DNA of 64,000 nt, from positions 65,224,001-65,288,000 of the forward strand of contig CM097887.1 in the NCBI GenBank assembly GCA_044892525.1, in the 5' to 3' direction. The notes below the pieces were generated by a model. It saw only the letters and a program-made list of their open reading frames with translations. It ran no database searches and was not told the origin of the DNA. The DNA is from Schmidtea polychroa (Eukaryota). Positions 28,461 through 41,549 of this stretch are shown here, in pieces. Positions within the stretch are counted from its first letter, which is position 1. Every line of letters starts with the position of its first letter. A program made the translations under genes and the position numbers.

Positions 28461-29288
28461 AGATTTGTCCGTTTATTCTATAAATTTTTCCACGTCATCA
28501 CCAACTGCAAATGTTTCAGGTGATCTAATAAATTGCAACATCGGCGTGGAAACCATATTAGAAGAAGATTTTAATTTATTCAAAAGTCGTTTCCAAAATA
28601 TATTATTAAAACAACAACAATTTTCCAATATAATATATGTGGAGAACTTAACTGAATATAAATAATATTCCCAGAAATGTAATTATGCAATTTCAAATAC
28701 CAAAAACATACGAATATATAATATTATTGTTAGATGATAGGGCAGGCCTATGCACATATTCGTATTAACAAGTGATTATAGGACTGGGCCAAACAACTTC
28801 AGGGTGAACGTGTATAACGAAAAAGCCAATCAGTAGATCAAACTAACCAAATTGATCAAACAATTCAGATGAACTCGACAACCCAAATCAGACAGTCACT
28901 TCCAGTCACTGTAAATATTTATCTCACCAAACAAGTGGATTTTTGTATTGTGCTTTAAACGTCATCACAACGCTTCACAATTCAATAATTTGTGATCTAT
29001 ATGACATTGTAGACAATTTATGATTCATTTGATATTTTAATGACAATTGTATTGTATGTGACAATTTTTGGAGAATGTGATTATTACATGTATAATAAAA
29101 ATATTACATACAAAATTATTATATACGGGGGAATACGGCAATCAAAAAAGAAAAAATATAATAAATATTTTCAATAATCAATAAGTATTTCTCAATGTTA
29201 GATTTTCTTAATGTGGATTTTGCCAAAAAAGAAAAAAAAACCTTTGAGTAAACATTGCTAATGACATTTAGCATTTTGAATTTATTGA

Positions 29289-29509
29289 CCCTTTAACAAC
29301 TAAAACCATTTACAGACGGTCATCATAAAAACCCCATTCAATTCAAATCAAAACATTTTCGCGTTCCAAACAGTAAGACCGTTTTACGTCTGTAAAACTT
29401 CACACCACAACTTGCAGGTTTGAACACGATCAAACACATGGTTTGCTTGTAACGGTCAGTTTGGTTGAGTTTGGTTTGTCCTCGTAATTTTATTTCAGTG
29501 GTTTAAGGG
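29289..29509. mobile_element. piggyBac-type MITE (copy 2, inverted relative to 14065-14262)
   Basis: Same internal sequence and TIRs; TTGA/TTAA flanks; ~25-bp extra internal segment. Confidence 0.88.
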
Positions 29510-30699
29510 TTAAGTAACAGTGTAAAACACATAATATTAAATTTTCAAAATGAATTAAATAAATACATATAATAGTAAAAATTTTTTTTTGAATGAATTT
29601 AAAATAAATATATAAATTTCTTAGAAAGATATAACAAAACAAAAATTCCTCGACTGTAAATAAAAGTAAATTAATTTATAAATATTCTCAAAATAAATAT
29701 TTATCAAGTATTTAAGCGCTTAAGAAATTTAGTATAGTGTTGATAAATTTGATTCAGTAACCCAAAAAATTAAGTTGTATAGCTGACCAGTAAATTTTGG
29801 AAGGAAATCCTTCGAAATTTTTTAAATTACGTTCGTACAAAATTTAAAAGATTTTTAGTCGAAGTACACAATACATTTTTTTTGCATAAATAATAAAACA
29901 AGCACCTACTGTCAAACAATACAAAATATATCTGATAAATAAAAGTCATTCAACAATAGAAGCTTGTCATTTTAGGTGAATATTTTTTTATTTCAATAAA
30001 CATTTATAATCAAATTTTGTTGTTAATTGAAAATTTATATATAAGAACCAGTAAGTTGAGAATCTCAACAATATTTTAAATACATCTGACAAGGACAACT
30101 ACCAAAATAAAAATATACAGCTTGAAAAACAAGGGTTTTCTTTGAAAATAATCACATCAATGTCCTTAAATGGCTTTCTCAAAGTCCAGATGTAAACAAA
30201 ATTCATCATCGGTGGTATAATTCGAAACTTTAAAATTAGAGATGGAGGTTTTCATGATTCATTAGTGTATGTTTATTTTTTTGCTGTTTTTTATCTAAAT
30301 GTTTTTACTTGTATACGCAAAGAACGAAAGCGCCAATTTAAAATACGTTTTCACATTCATGTATTGTTCGTACAACCATACCATTCTTTTGTTGAAAAGC
30401 AAAAAAATAACGAAAATTTAAAACTTGCGTGTTTCATTAAACATTTAAGAAAAAATGAAGTGTATATTTTATTTTTTGTGCTTACTGTATTATAATTTGA
30501 GAATACGGTATTCTATTACATATTTTATTATAATATAAAACACAATGTATAAATAAGAAAACAAATATTAAATACAAGGATAAATCTATAAATAATATTA
30601 TGTGAAGGATATCTAACGGGACTGAGAGGGTCAAAAGGGGTCACCTTCCAGGAAGGTTTTGGTATATTGAAGACTTGTATTAAAATACAAATTTCTTAT

Positions 30700-31700
30700 T
30701 AGATAATTTTATGGGGGAGTTGAAGTTAAGGATCACTCTTGGCACAACTGATATGATGTTTTATATTTTTTATTAATCATAATAAGTACATAATGACTAA
30801 TTCTTATTTAAATATATGAATATAACACTAGGTATTTCAAACCCATTGTAACAATCCAGATAAGACTGATGTTTATAACTGGATTTCTCAATATCATACC
30901 TTTCCTTTTTGTTGTATCTGTATTACGTAACAAACTGTAAAATTTTGACCGGAGAAATATTCACTCTTTATAATCAATGCCCTTACTCTCATCCTTAAAT
31001 TTACCAATAACAGAATATAAATGATTACTGTATAATGGACGAATTGGATTTTGAAGTATCCAACAGATTTTCATTGCTCATTTCAGGTATACAATTCTTA
31101 ACTTCGTAAAAACATCTGTATCGTCCATTGATGATAGTTATACAATTTAATTGGTCTCTATATTTCTGTAATTCAGCATGATGTAATTGATACATTCTAA
31201 ATTTTGATAAATCAAGTACAGATTGACCAATATAATTTGAGTTATACTAAATACAATACATCTTCATTTTTTGGAAAGTTGGTTTAGATGTGCACGTAAC
31301 TGTGTTAGTAACACATTACAATAAGCAACTTCAAAGTAATTAAATAATCTGAAACTTATTTTCTTCTTTAAATTTTCTACTGTTATTCCGTATAAACTAT
31401 TGTTCAGCAAAATATAATATTTTTGATTCAAAAAATTTGTTGATTATATCTACAATTCAGTGTTTATATCTACATATTTTTTGAAAACTGGTGTTTGCTT
31501 AAACCAGTGGGAACTACTCGCTCAAACAATTAAATAAATAATGATGCTTTGGTCTTCTTGAAAGAAGATATGTCTCTACTTCGTCTTGGTTCATCATCAA
31601 TTTGAAAATCAATTTCAAAATTAATCAATAAAATATATCCAAAAAATTCTTATTTATGAATAACAAAAGTCAGAAAAAAAATCATAATATTCTGACAATG
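30700..31700 (-). pseudogene. Protein-primed family-B DNA polymerase fossil (Maverick/Polinton-like)
   Basis: Collinear frameshifted motifs: HWFKQTPVFKKYVDINTE, ILLNNSLYGITVENLKKK, VLDLSKFRMY, DDTD (YTDTDS position), LLDTS, LYSVIGKFKDESKG, IFLRSKFYS. Boundaries are approximate. Confidence 0.75.
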
Positions 31701-31747
31701 TAGGTCATCAATTACTTCAGTCAAACAAAATTTAATTAAACATTTAG

Positions 31748-32093
31748 GGTACTTCCGTGTTATCTTACCCCCAAAAATTAAATTAAAAAAGAACACACAT
31801 AATTATTATGTTTATTTTCTAAATCACAGTTACAAACTCAGCAAATGTTTGTAGAGTTTGTAAATGATCATTCAGGTGGCCAGAAAACCACACATCGGCA
31901 CTGTTGCTTAGAACACGTTTGCGCCACAAACTCACATAATCACATAATCACATAAATCACAGATAGCCTTAATAAATTCATGTTCAATAATGTTCAATAA
32001 CGTCATCAATAATGTATTCTCTCATTTTTTATATTGTTATTTTAATTGTATTTTATAATTTAATTTTTGGGGGTAAGATTACACGGAAGTACC
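31748..32093 (-). mobile_element. Merlin-family non-autonomous element (copy 2 of 18221-18731, inverted)
   Basis: Same GGTACTTCCGTG TIRs and internal sequence, without the tandem duplication; near-TSD CATTTA(A)G. Confidence 0.85.
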
Positions 32094-32589
32094 CATTTAA
32101 GGATATCTTCTTTTTGATATATCACCAAAGGATGAAATTTAAAGTATTAATTATTTTGTATTTTATTTATGATTTCACTTCGCAACCATTTTGCAAAAAA
32201 ATATGTTTAGAAATATAATTTTTAAAATAATAGTACATTAACGTGAAGTTCCAAAAGGGTACCTAAGCGAAATACCCTTATAATGGAACGAAAAAAACGT
32301 GTTACAGTAACTAATGAGATTCACAATTTTTGTCATTAATATGGCTAACTCTGCAAATAAGCCTTCGGTTAAGGATATCGCTTCCACAGTTGGACTAAGC
32401 ATGGTCACCTCAACTTAATCATATTGACGAATTTTTGTATAGTTAAATCAAAGTTCAGACCCATGAAAGCATCCAATAATGAAATAACTGCTGAGGGAGC
32501 TTTATCTAATATTTTATCTGAGTATAAAATATATGTTGAACAGTGCCATTGGTTTTGGAGATCTACGCGAAGGTGACTAGAAAAAACAT

Positions 32590-33150
32590 TGAGAAGAGAC
32601 TTTTATTTGATTAAAAAACTATCAAGATATATTTCTTTGTTTTTATTACACAATATCTTCACATGTATTTTAATGTTTTCATTATTTTTAACAATTAAAT
32701 TTATAACTATGAATAACTATATTAATAACTATAACAAACTATTTTACAGATTACGCAAAGACAATGACGAGGCATTTAGTGAATTATTAATATATACCGA
32801 AATAAGATGGTAATCTAAAGGAAATTGCTATGCAATGACTTTTGAATCTTTTTGTTCCAGTTGTTGAATTCCTGGAAAAAAAGGATCCTGTTTTGTGTAC
32901 TTTACTAAAAAGCTAAGAAAAGCACTTTCATTACAGTTCTGATATATTTTCAAAAGTTATTGAAGTCCTTAAAAAGCTGTAAAAATAGAAACGACAATAA
33001 TACAAAGTAGGACAACTACTTTGGAGTTTCAAGAGAAACTGATGTTTTTTGAAAATCTAATGAATCAAATAAAGGTTCACTCTTTCAAAAATATAACAGA
33101 TTTAGAGAAACTAACGGAAAACTTTGGGATGCGAAAGGAAAACAATATGG
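32590..33150 (+). mobile_element. hAT (Buster/Charlie-like) transposase fossil
   Basis: LFYRLRKDNDEAFSELLIYTEIRW*SKGNC...VVEFLEKKDP matches the family's LLLHTEVRWLSKGNCL block. Confidence 0.7.
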
Positions 33151-35750
33151 ATTAAGAAATTAGATTTAAAGATCTAAAGGAGTTGGTTTTTGGCAATATA
33201 GCCAATGAATTAATAGGAGATTGATTTGGTAATTCACGAATAACTTTTTTGGAAGCAAGTTCTTTACATGCCAATGAGCCAGGATATTATTATAACTACC
33301 CAAAAGCTCAGAAGTATGTGAGACCGTTACTGTTAACAAAAAAAGAAATCGAATTGATTAAGAAACAAAAGGAGATGTAATGCCTAAACGGACAAGCTAC
33401 AATGCTGATATTAGTTCAATCTAGGGTGACCACCTTTCCGGTTTCACCCTCAGATCTCCGTTTATCAATAGATATCCTGTCTCCTGTCGTGTCAAGCCAG
33501 TTCTCCGGGTTTTTAATATTAATTCGTTAAAAGTGAGTTAAAATACTTATATCAGAAATTTGAAATTATACATTCATTTAGGTCCGTTGGATATTTCACA
33601 AGAATAATTTTTGTATATTTTGCACCTTTTGCAAGAAGTCAAGACAAAAAATATGTGTTTAAATTTAATAAATAATTTTTTTATTTTAATAAATTCTTTA
33701 TCCAATTATAATCTTGAATAAAATGAGAAAAAAATTAGTCAAAATAAATTATTCGTTTTTTTTTAAATTCTCCGGGTTTCTATGAAAGACTCTCCGGGTG
33801 ATTGTTAGGTTAAGGTGGCCACCTTTGTTCAAACATTAGAAATCATTATTTCATTCATTTCATTTAAATATATATTGTTAAATTATTTTTATTATGTATT
33901 GCGGGTTTTCAAATTTACTTATTTGTCATTCAGGGGATTTTGGGTAAAAGATTTGGGAACCACTGATTTCATTAATACCATGAAAACATTTCAACATTTC
34001 TTTAATACAATCCATATACAATGGTCAAATTACTTTGTTCGTTGCTTCTCCCAATCTGGTCCTCATAATTTTCGCATTCAGGCAGTTTTTTAATTAAATA
34101 TGAAAAGAGTGCAACTTTCAATCGAATTATCCCAATGAACACCGATATATATATACCCAATTCAATAAAATTAAATTAAAGCAAATGTTGCAATCAAAAA
34201 TCGCCAAAATAACAACTTGAACTTGTCAAACTCCACAATCAAAGGTTTACAATTTTATTTGTCGGTGTTGATCTCCACCTACAATTGGGAGAAAATGTTC
34301 GCCTACACAGAAAATAATAATATTGATATTGCCGTGTTGTCAGATTTTGACAAAAACGATTTTCATCTATCAACTATGAGCGAAGTTCTCGCACGTGATT
34401 CGCAAAACTGACCGACACAATTTTTGTTGTGTTTTGTTTGCTTTGATTTGTTATGTAATAGAATTAATATAAATATTAGAATTTCAGTTAAAGGACTTAA
34501 AAAAGTAAAATCCCTATCAATGGGTCATTTTGAACAAATTGACAAATAAGTAAGAGAGATCGCTTACAAAATTACAAGACATAGAGAGAGTGATGGACAT
34601 TTCGATTGCCAATCACAGTAGAGCCCTTGTAACTCGTGTTCATTAATCTCAGCAGGATCCAGATTGGGAGGTTGTCTCTCCCAGCGGTTTCATACGGTTC
34701 TGATGCAGGAATCCATGGATCATTAATTGGATTAACAAGATTCATTCTGTCATTATCTATTAAAAATACATTTAAAATTAATTGACTATTATCTAATAAA
34801 TTAATAAAATTCAGTTAATGAAATAATACACACTAAAGATTTTTTTATATTTTTAATTTTGACTTTTCCCACCATCAGAGTTTTATAATGAATAGAACAG
34901 CCAGAATATCATATTTTACAAATGATTATTTTATTGTTTTTTGTCAAACAAATTGTTTGTTTTAATTTTCCATTTATATAATAAATTTAAATCGTTGTCG
35001 ATTTTTATACCACTTTTATACCTTGACAATTATCAAAATTTGTTATTTGGAATTTTTCGGTATTCCAAAAAATCTTTCAAAATAGAAATCCTCACCATTT
35101 TCCCATGTCGTTTATGAAAATGATTTTGCATCTCATTAAAATAATTAAATATATCGAAATTTTGTATGCATTTCTTACTATCTTTGTGTGCTGCATTTAA
35201 TTTTTCTATCACTTTTTATTTTTTTTATAGTAAAGATTTATCTCATTGAGACAACAATGATTAATATAAAGGTTTATGTTTGTATAATATAAGGTGACTA
35301 TTAATTTCTTTCTTATATTATATAATATTTAAAACACGGTGTACAAGAGGTCCATGAGATAGTGATTAGTTCATGTACATCCATTTATGTACAATTTCCA
35401 CAATGGAGTGTCGTCTACTGTAATTGTAATATTATAATAATATCATATTTTGATTTTAGATTTAAATGATTTAAATTTTAGGTTTTGAATTTAAAATTCG
35501 CATAATTATAAAGCAAGTACACTGAAACCTCAACTTACAAGCATAATTCTTTGCATGTATTCGTCACCACCGCGGTGGTTTTGTAGTCGTTTACTGTCTG
35601 CTACTGCTGTTATTAGTGATTCCTTAGCAATGAATACATATTATAAGTTAAGCAATATTTATTTTGTTCGTATATAACGAGTCAATTTTTTAAAAGTTTT
35701 ATAGTATATCAAAATACTCGTGAGTCGAGTTTTCAGTGTAATTCTATATT

Positions 35751-35883
35751 CAGTGATGGGATTCAATTTTCTTTGGAACCGGTATGCTTTCCAAATTTTT
35801 AATGATTTATAAAATGAAAAATCTAGAACTTATTAAGAACCAGTACGGGCGTACCGGTGCGTAACGGCTGAATCCCATCACTG
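35751..35883. mobile_element. 133-bp hAT-type MITE
   Basis: TIR CAGTGATGGGATTCA / TGAATCCCATCACTG; perfect 8-bp TSD TCTATATT. Confidence 0.9.
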
Positions 35884-36202
35884 TCTATATTAACCTTAAA
35901 TTAATATTAGTAATTTTTGCATATTTTGCATATATTCAACCTCAACTAACTAGTAAAATGAGTATAAGAAAAAATTTTTTAAATATATATTCATCTTTAA
36001 AATCCAAAAAATCAAGAAATGGAGCATATTATAATCCTAGTGCATAAATAAATGTTGTTTTACAAAATTTTCTTTCTTTTTCACCTCTTGGTCCTGGTAA
36101 ATGTGAGGTACAAAGAAATGAATTAAGAAATGAAAAAATAAAAGTTGATGTATACTTTTTAGTAATTTATTAAATTTTATTACTGAAACTTATAATAACT
36201 TA

Positions 36203-36354
36203 NNNNNNNNNNNNNNNNNNNNNNNNNNNNNNNNNNNNNNNNNNNNNNNNNNNNNNNNNNNNNNNNNNNNNNNNNNNNNNNNNNNNNNNNNNNNNNNNNN
36301 NNNNNNNNNNNNNNNNNNNNNNNNNNNNNNNNNNNNNNNNNNNNNNNNNNNNNN
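36203..36354. other. Assembly gap (N run)
   Basis: Run of N. Confidence 0.98.
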
Positions 36355-36645
36355 TGACTAATAATGATTATTATTATTAATGTAAATATTCGGTTCTAAA
36401 TATTATTTAAAAAAACTAATTTATTCAAAATAATAAACACATTCATAGTTTTTATTTCTAACCCTTGATAGCAAAAGTAAACATATTTATAAATTAGAAA
36501 ACAATGCTGCAACTCCACCTGCATGATGCAAACAAAACGGTAAACATTCTCAGTGTGCGTCATGGTGATTTAACGAGCGTGTACTATGTAATCAATTTGA
36601 TGATAAACAATCTCAGCAGGATTTAGTATCAATTTCTTGATTCTT

Positions 36646-36684
36646 ATTGGCTAGTGTGTTGCATCATCGGATATTTGCGATTGG
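36646..36684 (+). promoter_or_regulatory. Two inverted CCAAT boxes upstream of the bHLH gene
   Basis: ATTGG at 36646-36650 and 36680-36684, 60-100 nt upstream of the ATG. Confidence 0.4.
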
Positions 36685-36746
36685 TTGGGACACAATCATT
36701 AGTAGTTTTATTTCGAATTTTAGCATTGAACCCTATTTAATTTATT

Positions 36747-37157
36747 ATGTCAACTGTTGTAGTTAAAAAAACATCATTAACCTTAGTCGAATGTCCACCA
36801 CCTCTTTTGACAGTTAATGGGAAGCGTCGTGGTCGTAAACCTGGTGCAAACAGTACACTAGCTCAAAGAAGTGCTGCAAACTCAAGAGAAAGGTCTCGAA
36901 TGAGAGTTTTATCCAGTGCATTTATCGATTTGAAAAGCGCACTACCATGGGTGCCTAAAGATACGAAACTTTCCAAACTCGACACTCTTAAATTAGCAGC
37001 TGGATATATTGCTTATTTGAAAAGTGTTTTAGTCGACGATTTTTCAGGGACAACTTTACCACCTCCTTGGTCAGTGTATGATATTTATTCTCCATACATG
37101 GTGAACTCATCCAATAAGTGCCCAATACCAAGAGTAGGTGGTCTGATTTCATGTTAA
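36747..37157 (+). CDS. bHLH transcription factor, TCF21/musculin (MyoR) family
   Basis: [52 protein letters not shown] closely matches TCF21/[55 protein letters not shown]. The exact ortholog is not assignable. Confidence 0.9.
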   Translation: MSTVVVKKTSLTLVECPPPLLTVNGKRRGRKPGANSTLAQRSAANSRERSRMRVLSSAFIDLKSALPWVPKDTKLSKLDTLKLAAGYIAYLKSVLVDDFSGTTLPPPWSVYDIYSPYMVNSSNKCPIPRVGGLISC

Positions 37158-38289
37158 ATTATTTATGTTAAATTAATTTAGACATGGTCACCAACTGAGC
37201 ATCAGAACTGTCAATCAAACATAAAAGTTAACTGTCCAACAACTAATTGTTCAGTTTCAAGTAATACATTGCTCCAGGAACTAATTGACATAGACTCCTC
37301 AACTCAGTTAGATTCGGTAAATAATCAGACTCACCATTTCTTTTATCGAAATAATAAGACAAATTATTTTTTATGAAATACAGATTTCGATTTTCAAATT
37401 TTTCTTTTAAAAATTATTTTTAATTTTAGATTAAAATTTTTTAGTAACTTTTTAACAACTTGAATAATTACGAGATATTAAAATTATGCCTAGGATTCAT
37501 CAAGTTGTTAAAAATGTATTTTAGGACGAAATTTTTGATAAAAGCAGATAAGTATTTTTGAAAACACCAGAAATTATTTTTTGATTAATTTTTTTAAAGT
37601 TATTTTACCTTTAAGACTTTTATGACAATATTTTTATTGGTGCTATCCTCTACACCTAAAAATACTTCACTGTATTTACCTCTACCTATTTTTTTTATAA
37701 TTGAATAATCGTCACAAGATCTTTAAAAGTATTTATTAATAAAAAAATGGAAACAATAGAAACGTTTTGAACCGGACAATTATTTGCTGTAATGCAATTT
37801 AGATTATTTCAACTAATAATTAAAGAAATTTATTGAGAAAATGAAATTTTAACTTAAATTGAAATCTCTGAAATAGTTAACAACATTCCATTTTGTCTTT
37901 AACTGCTATCCATATCAGCAAGGGCGCCCGCACTAACGGGCAAGGGAGATCAATTGACTCCACCCTAGAAATCCGGACATTTTTAATGTAATTATTTTCT
38001 CTTCTTTAATTTATCATTAATTTACTAATTATTAGATCATTTGGTGGGTTGGAGATTAGGATACAATGGTTGTCTGTCACACGATACCCGTTGAGTGTTT
38101 AACGTTGGTACTGTATAATGTGGGGGAATACTCACAAAAAAGTGAACACATCCCTGTGCACTGAAATTGGCAAGTATTTTAATGGATCTGACGACTACCA
38201 TTGGAAGGCTTCGCGTATGTCTTTTTATATTGGTTCTTATGTATCTTGAAAGATACAATGAAAATTAAATTATTCAAAGAAGAACTCAT

Positions 38290-38760
38290 TCCTTCAATTT
38301 CATGTACTATTTATTTATAATTGCAAATATTTATACATCATTACGACAAGTTGATGGGTGTTTTACTTTGAGTTCTACTTGTGTTCAACATCTAGTTGAA
38401 GTTCAAGTTCGTGCCTAATTTCATTCACAATTTTCTTTTGTACAATTGAATTTCTAACACTAAATTTTTCGTATGTCTTTCGTATGTCTACATCATCATC
38501 ATCTACGAATTCTTCTCCATTCAAATCAACGAAATAATCATTGTCTTGGAAGTCGTTATTGTCCTCATTGTTGTCAATAATATCAGAATCATAATTTCTA
38601 GATTTATAAAAAGTTTCAACTACTACCAAATGCATTCTGTGACATAAACATAATTGTGATTCGGAAGGACAATCATTTACATACTTAACCATCACACTAG
38701 CACCACCATTTGCGGTACAAAAAATGTCGGTTTGAAATGGCAAATAAAAATTCTGAATGT
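38290..38760 (-). mobile_element. hAT transposase fossil (catalytic region)
   Basis: TANGGASVMVK...QLCLCHRMHLVV...ELELQLDV followed by a broken TRWNS. Confidence 0.7.
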
Positions 38761-40603
38761 TTGGTCACAATTTCTAAGTACGTGAACAATGGCTCTTACC
38801 AAACTTAGATTGTCGCAATTTCCATTCTTAACTTAAGTAATAATAATGAAATTGATGGATGATATATATTTTTATGATAGTATTAATAGTAATTTCATAC
38901 CTACATATAAAATTTTCTTTGTTCCGTGTCTGTCATGTATACCCTATAATCATACATTCAGTCATGCTCATTATTCTCAAACCAATATCAACACCAATCA
39001 AAAGAAAAAATAGAACAACAAAACACGATGAGTACATGAAGATGTCAAACAGTGTATCATCATAACTTTGAGTAGTTTTTCGGCAACATAGGACATCCAG
39101 CTTTATACCGTCGCGATGGTGTTCCTTCTAGTCATACACGGACGCTTTCCGGCACAATTATGTCCTTCGATTGGCATTGTGCGAGTGCAGATTACCTCAC
39201 CTCATCTGAAAGATGGATTAGCTCACTGCCCGTACTCGGGATGGGGTCATTTCGGATCTCTCTCTCTCTCCACACGTGTTAGGTTGCAGATTTCCACGTG
39301 TACGCATGCATTGCATCTCAATTTGAAATCCCGGGTTCCAGGAATTTAGCAGAAATTTTCTCCACGATGTCTTCTAGCTGGACCCTTTTAGGGTCTCGTC
39401 ACCGGTGCATTCTATCTTCAATTATACTCTAACATTATATGATATTCCATTCATTTTCTCATCCTCACAACCACACCATATTGCCAGACTTTACGCAGGG
39501 TCATATAACCGAAATAAGTAAAAATATCTCACTCAACTTCGTAGTGCGTCCTCAGTCCCCTTTAATTTATGACAAAAATACGATAATTAGATAGATATTT
39601 TCTCTGTCATTCTCATTAGCTTATAGCGTCCGACTGAAATGTTCGACCGGCAATCAAGTGTTCGTTAATTCCATTCAGTGTTGTAATGACTGACTAAGGC
39701 GCTATGATTAGCGTGCAATAGCATTTATTAGTCCTATTTATTGTTACCATTAGGGAATGCAAATTTACCGAATTTTCATTTACCGGTAAACGGTAAAAAT
39801 GCTGCAGTTTTAATTTCATGTTTTAAAAGGAAAGTAACGCTATAGCTTTAAAACAAAAATGTCGAAAATATAATTTTAAAGAAAGCACCAAATGCTTTAG
39901 GATTCATTGTTATTATTAAAAGATAAACATTTATAAACACACATTAATATATAAAATTATTATATAAACATTATTCTCAATTCATTAAATAAAAAGGTAA
40001 AAAAATATTTTTACATATTTCTAAATATTTCTGCTTACTAAAATATCCACGTAAAAAAACAAATTGCAAATACTCATCTTAAATCTAATTTGAAATTTAT
40101 GAAATATGCATAAGAATGAATTTAATAAGCCTTGAATAAGAGAAAATAATGTAGGTTCATAAATCCCTTGAACTCTATATTTTATGTATAAATTGTTCTT
40201 TGTTTTAACAGCCTCGGCAATCAGATTCCCAAAAATACTAATGCTAACTTCACCTTACAGGTATTTATTAGGCTTGCCAACTCTTCCGTTTTTGCCGGGA
40301 GTCTCCCGTCTCCCGATTAAATATGACCCGGGAAATGTCTTTCCGTTTTTACAATATTTTACAATTTTTCAAGAAAAAAAGTGCAGTTTTTGAAGTTTAA
40401 ATTTTATTTGATTTCTCTAAAATCACCAAAGATATTGGAATCAGACCGACAAGAAAAAATACAATTTTAAAAACAAACAAAAATAGCATAATTTGTAAAC
40501 TGTACTGTAATTTATAAAAATAATAGTTTTTTTAAAATCTTTATGGTATTAGTCATCATATAGTTAAAATCTAGTTAAATATAGTTAAAGAGTCTAACAT
40601 ATG

Positions 40604-41380
40604 TGTTGTACCCGGTAATTTAGCGGCTTTTGACATTCGGTTAGAAACAGGAACACTTTCATTAAAATATGTCATTGAATCCGCAAACTTTTCTTGCATA
40701 TCACACAAATATAATAGTGAATTTTCCAACGCAATTAATATCACAAATTTCAATATATTTAAAGACAGTTCAATTTTTATACACAAATTAGAAATTTTAT
40801 GGAAAAAGTTCATTTTTTTTGGAATATATAAACAAGCCGGGAAATCTTTTACAAAATTTCTACATATAAGTAAACAAAATTACAAAGAATACAAAATTAT
40901 GTCATTCGATAAAAAAAAACAGATTTTTAAAAATATGTAATTTAAAAAGCTTAACGATTTTATAACGTTCGCGTAAGAATTTCAAATAGTCAATTTCTAA
41001 TAATTAAATGCAGAATAAACAAATTTAGGTTTTATATTATTGTTAGGATTTGTTCCGTATTTCGCGAATTGTAATGGATGAGGGTGTTGGTCTATGAGAG
41101 CCAACACTAAAACTATTGGGAGCCGAATACAGTTTATCTTGATAATGATAACATGGCATCGAATTTGCTTTACTCTTCTGAGATTGATTAATAGAGCCTG
41201 ATTGATAAGTAGAAGTATTAGCTGATCGCACGAATTTTGATTGACTGTTATTGTGTTCTGTTTGGTCCTTAGTCGCTGGTGACCGCGCATTTATATATAT
41301 AATATAATATCGTATAATATAATATAATATAGTATAATAGGTATATAGATATTGTTAAGGCCGTGTAACGGCTCACTACA
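40604..41380 (-). repeat. 3' LTR (777 bp)
   Basis: By eye identical to 47504-48281 except an A9 versus A10 homopolymer; preceded on the minus strand by a short purine tract (GTGGGGCTGA). Confidence 0.97.
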
Positions 41381-41549
41381 TCAGCCCCACGGGAAGTCGC
41401 GGAGCGCACAGGAACTCAAGAATAGAGATTGATGAAAGATCTACTAGAAACAAGATGTAAGTCGAAAAGTAGTGACAATTTATCAAAGGTAGATAGTGTC
41501 TAAAAAGGAAATCGGTGATTGATGAATTAATTGATCACATGGAATAAAG

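Noticed and set aside
39110-39400. GC-richer segment possibly from a Gypsy pol
   Set aside because: Only a weak IVPESVR-like match was seen, with no diagnostic catalytic motif; left unclassified.
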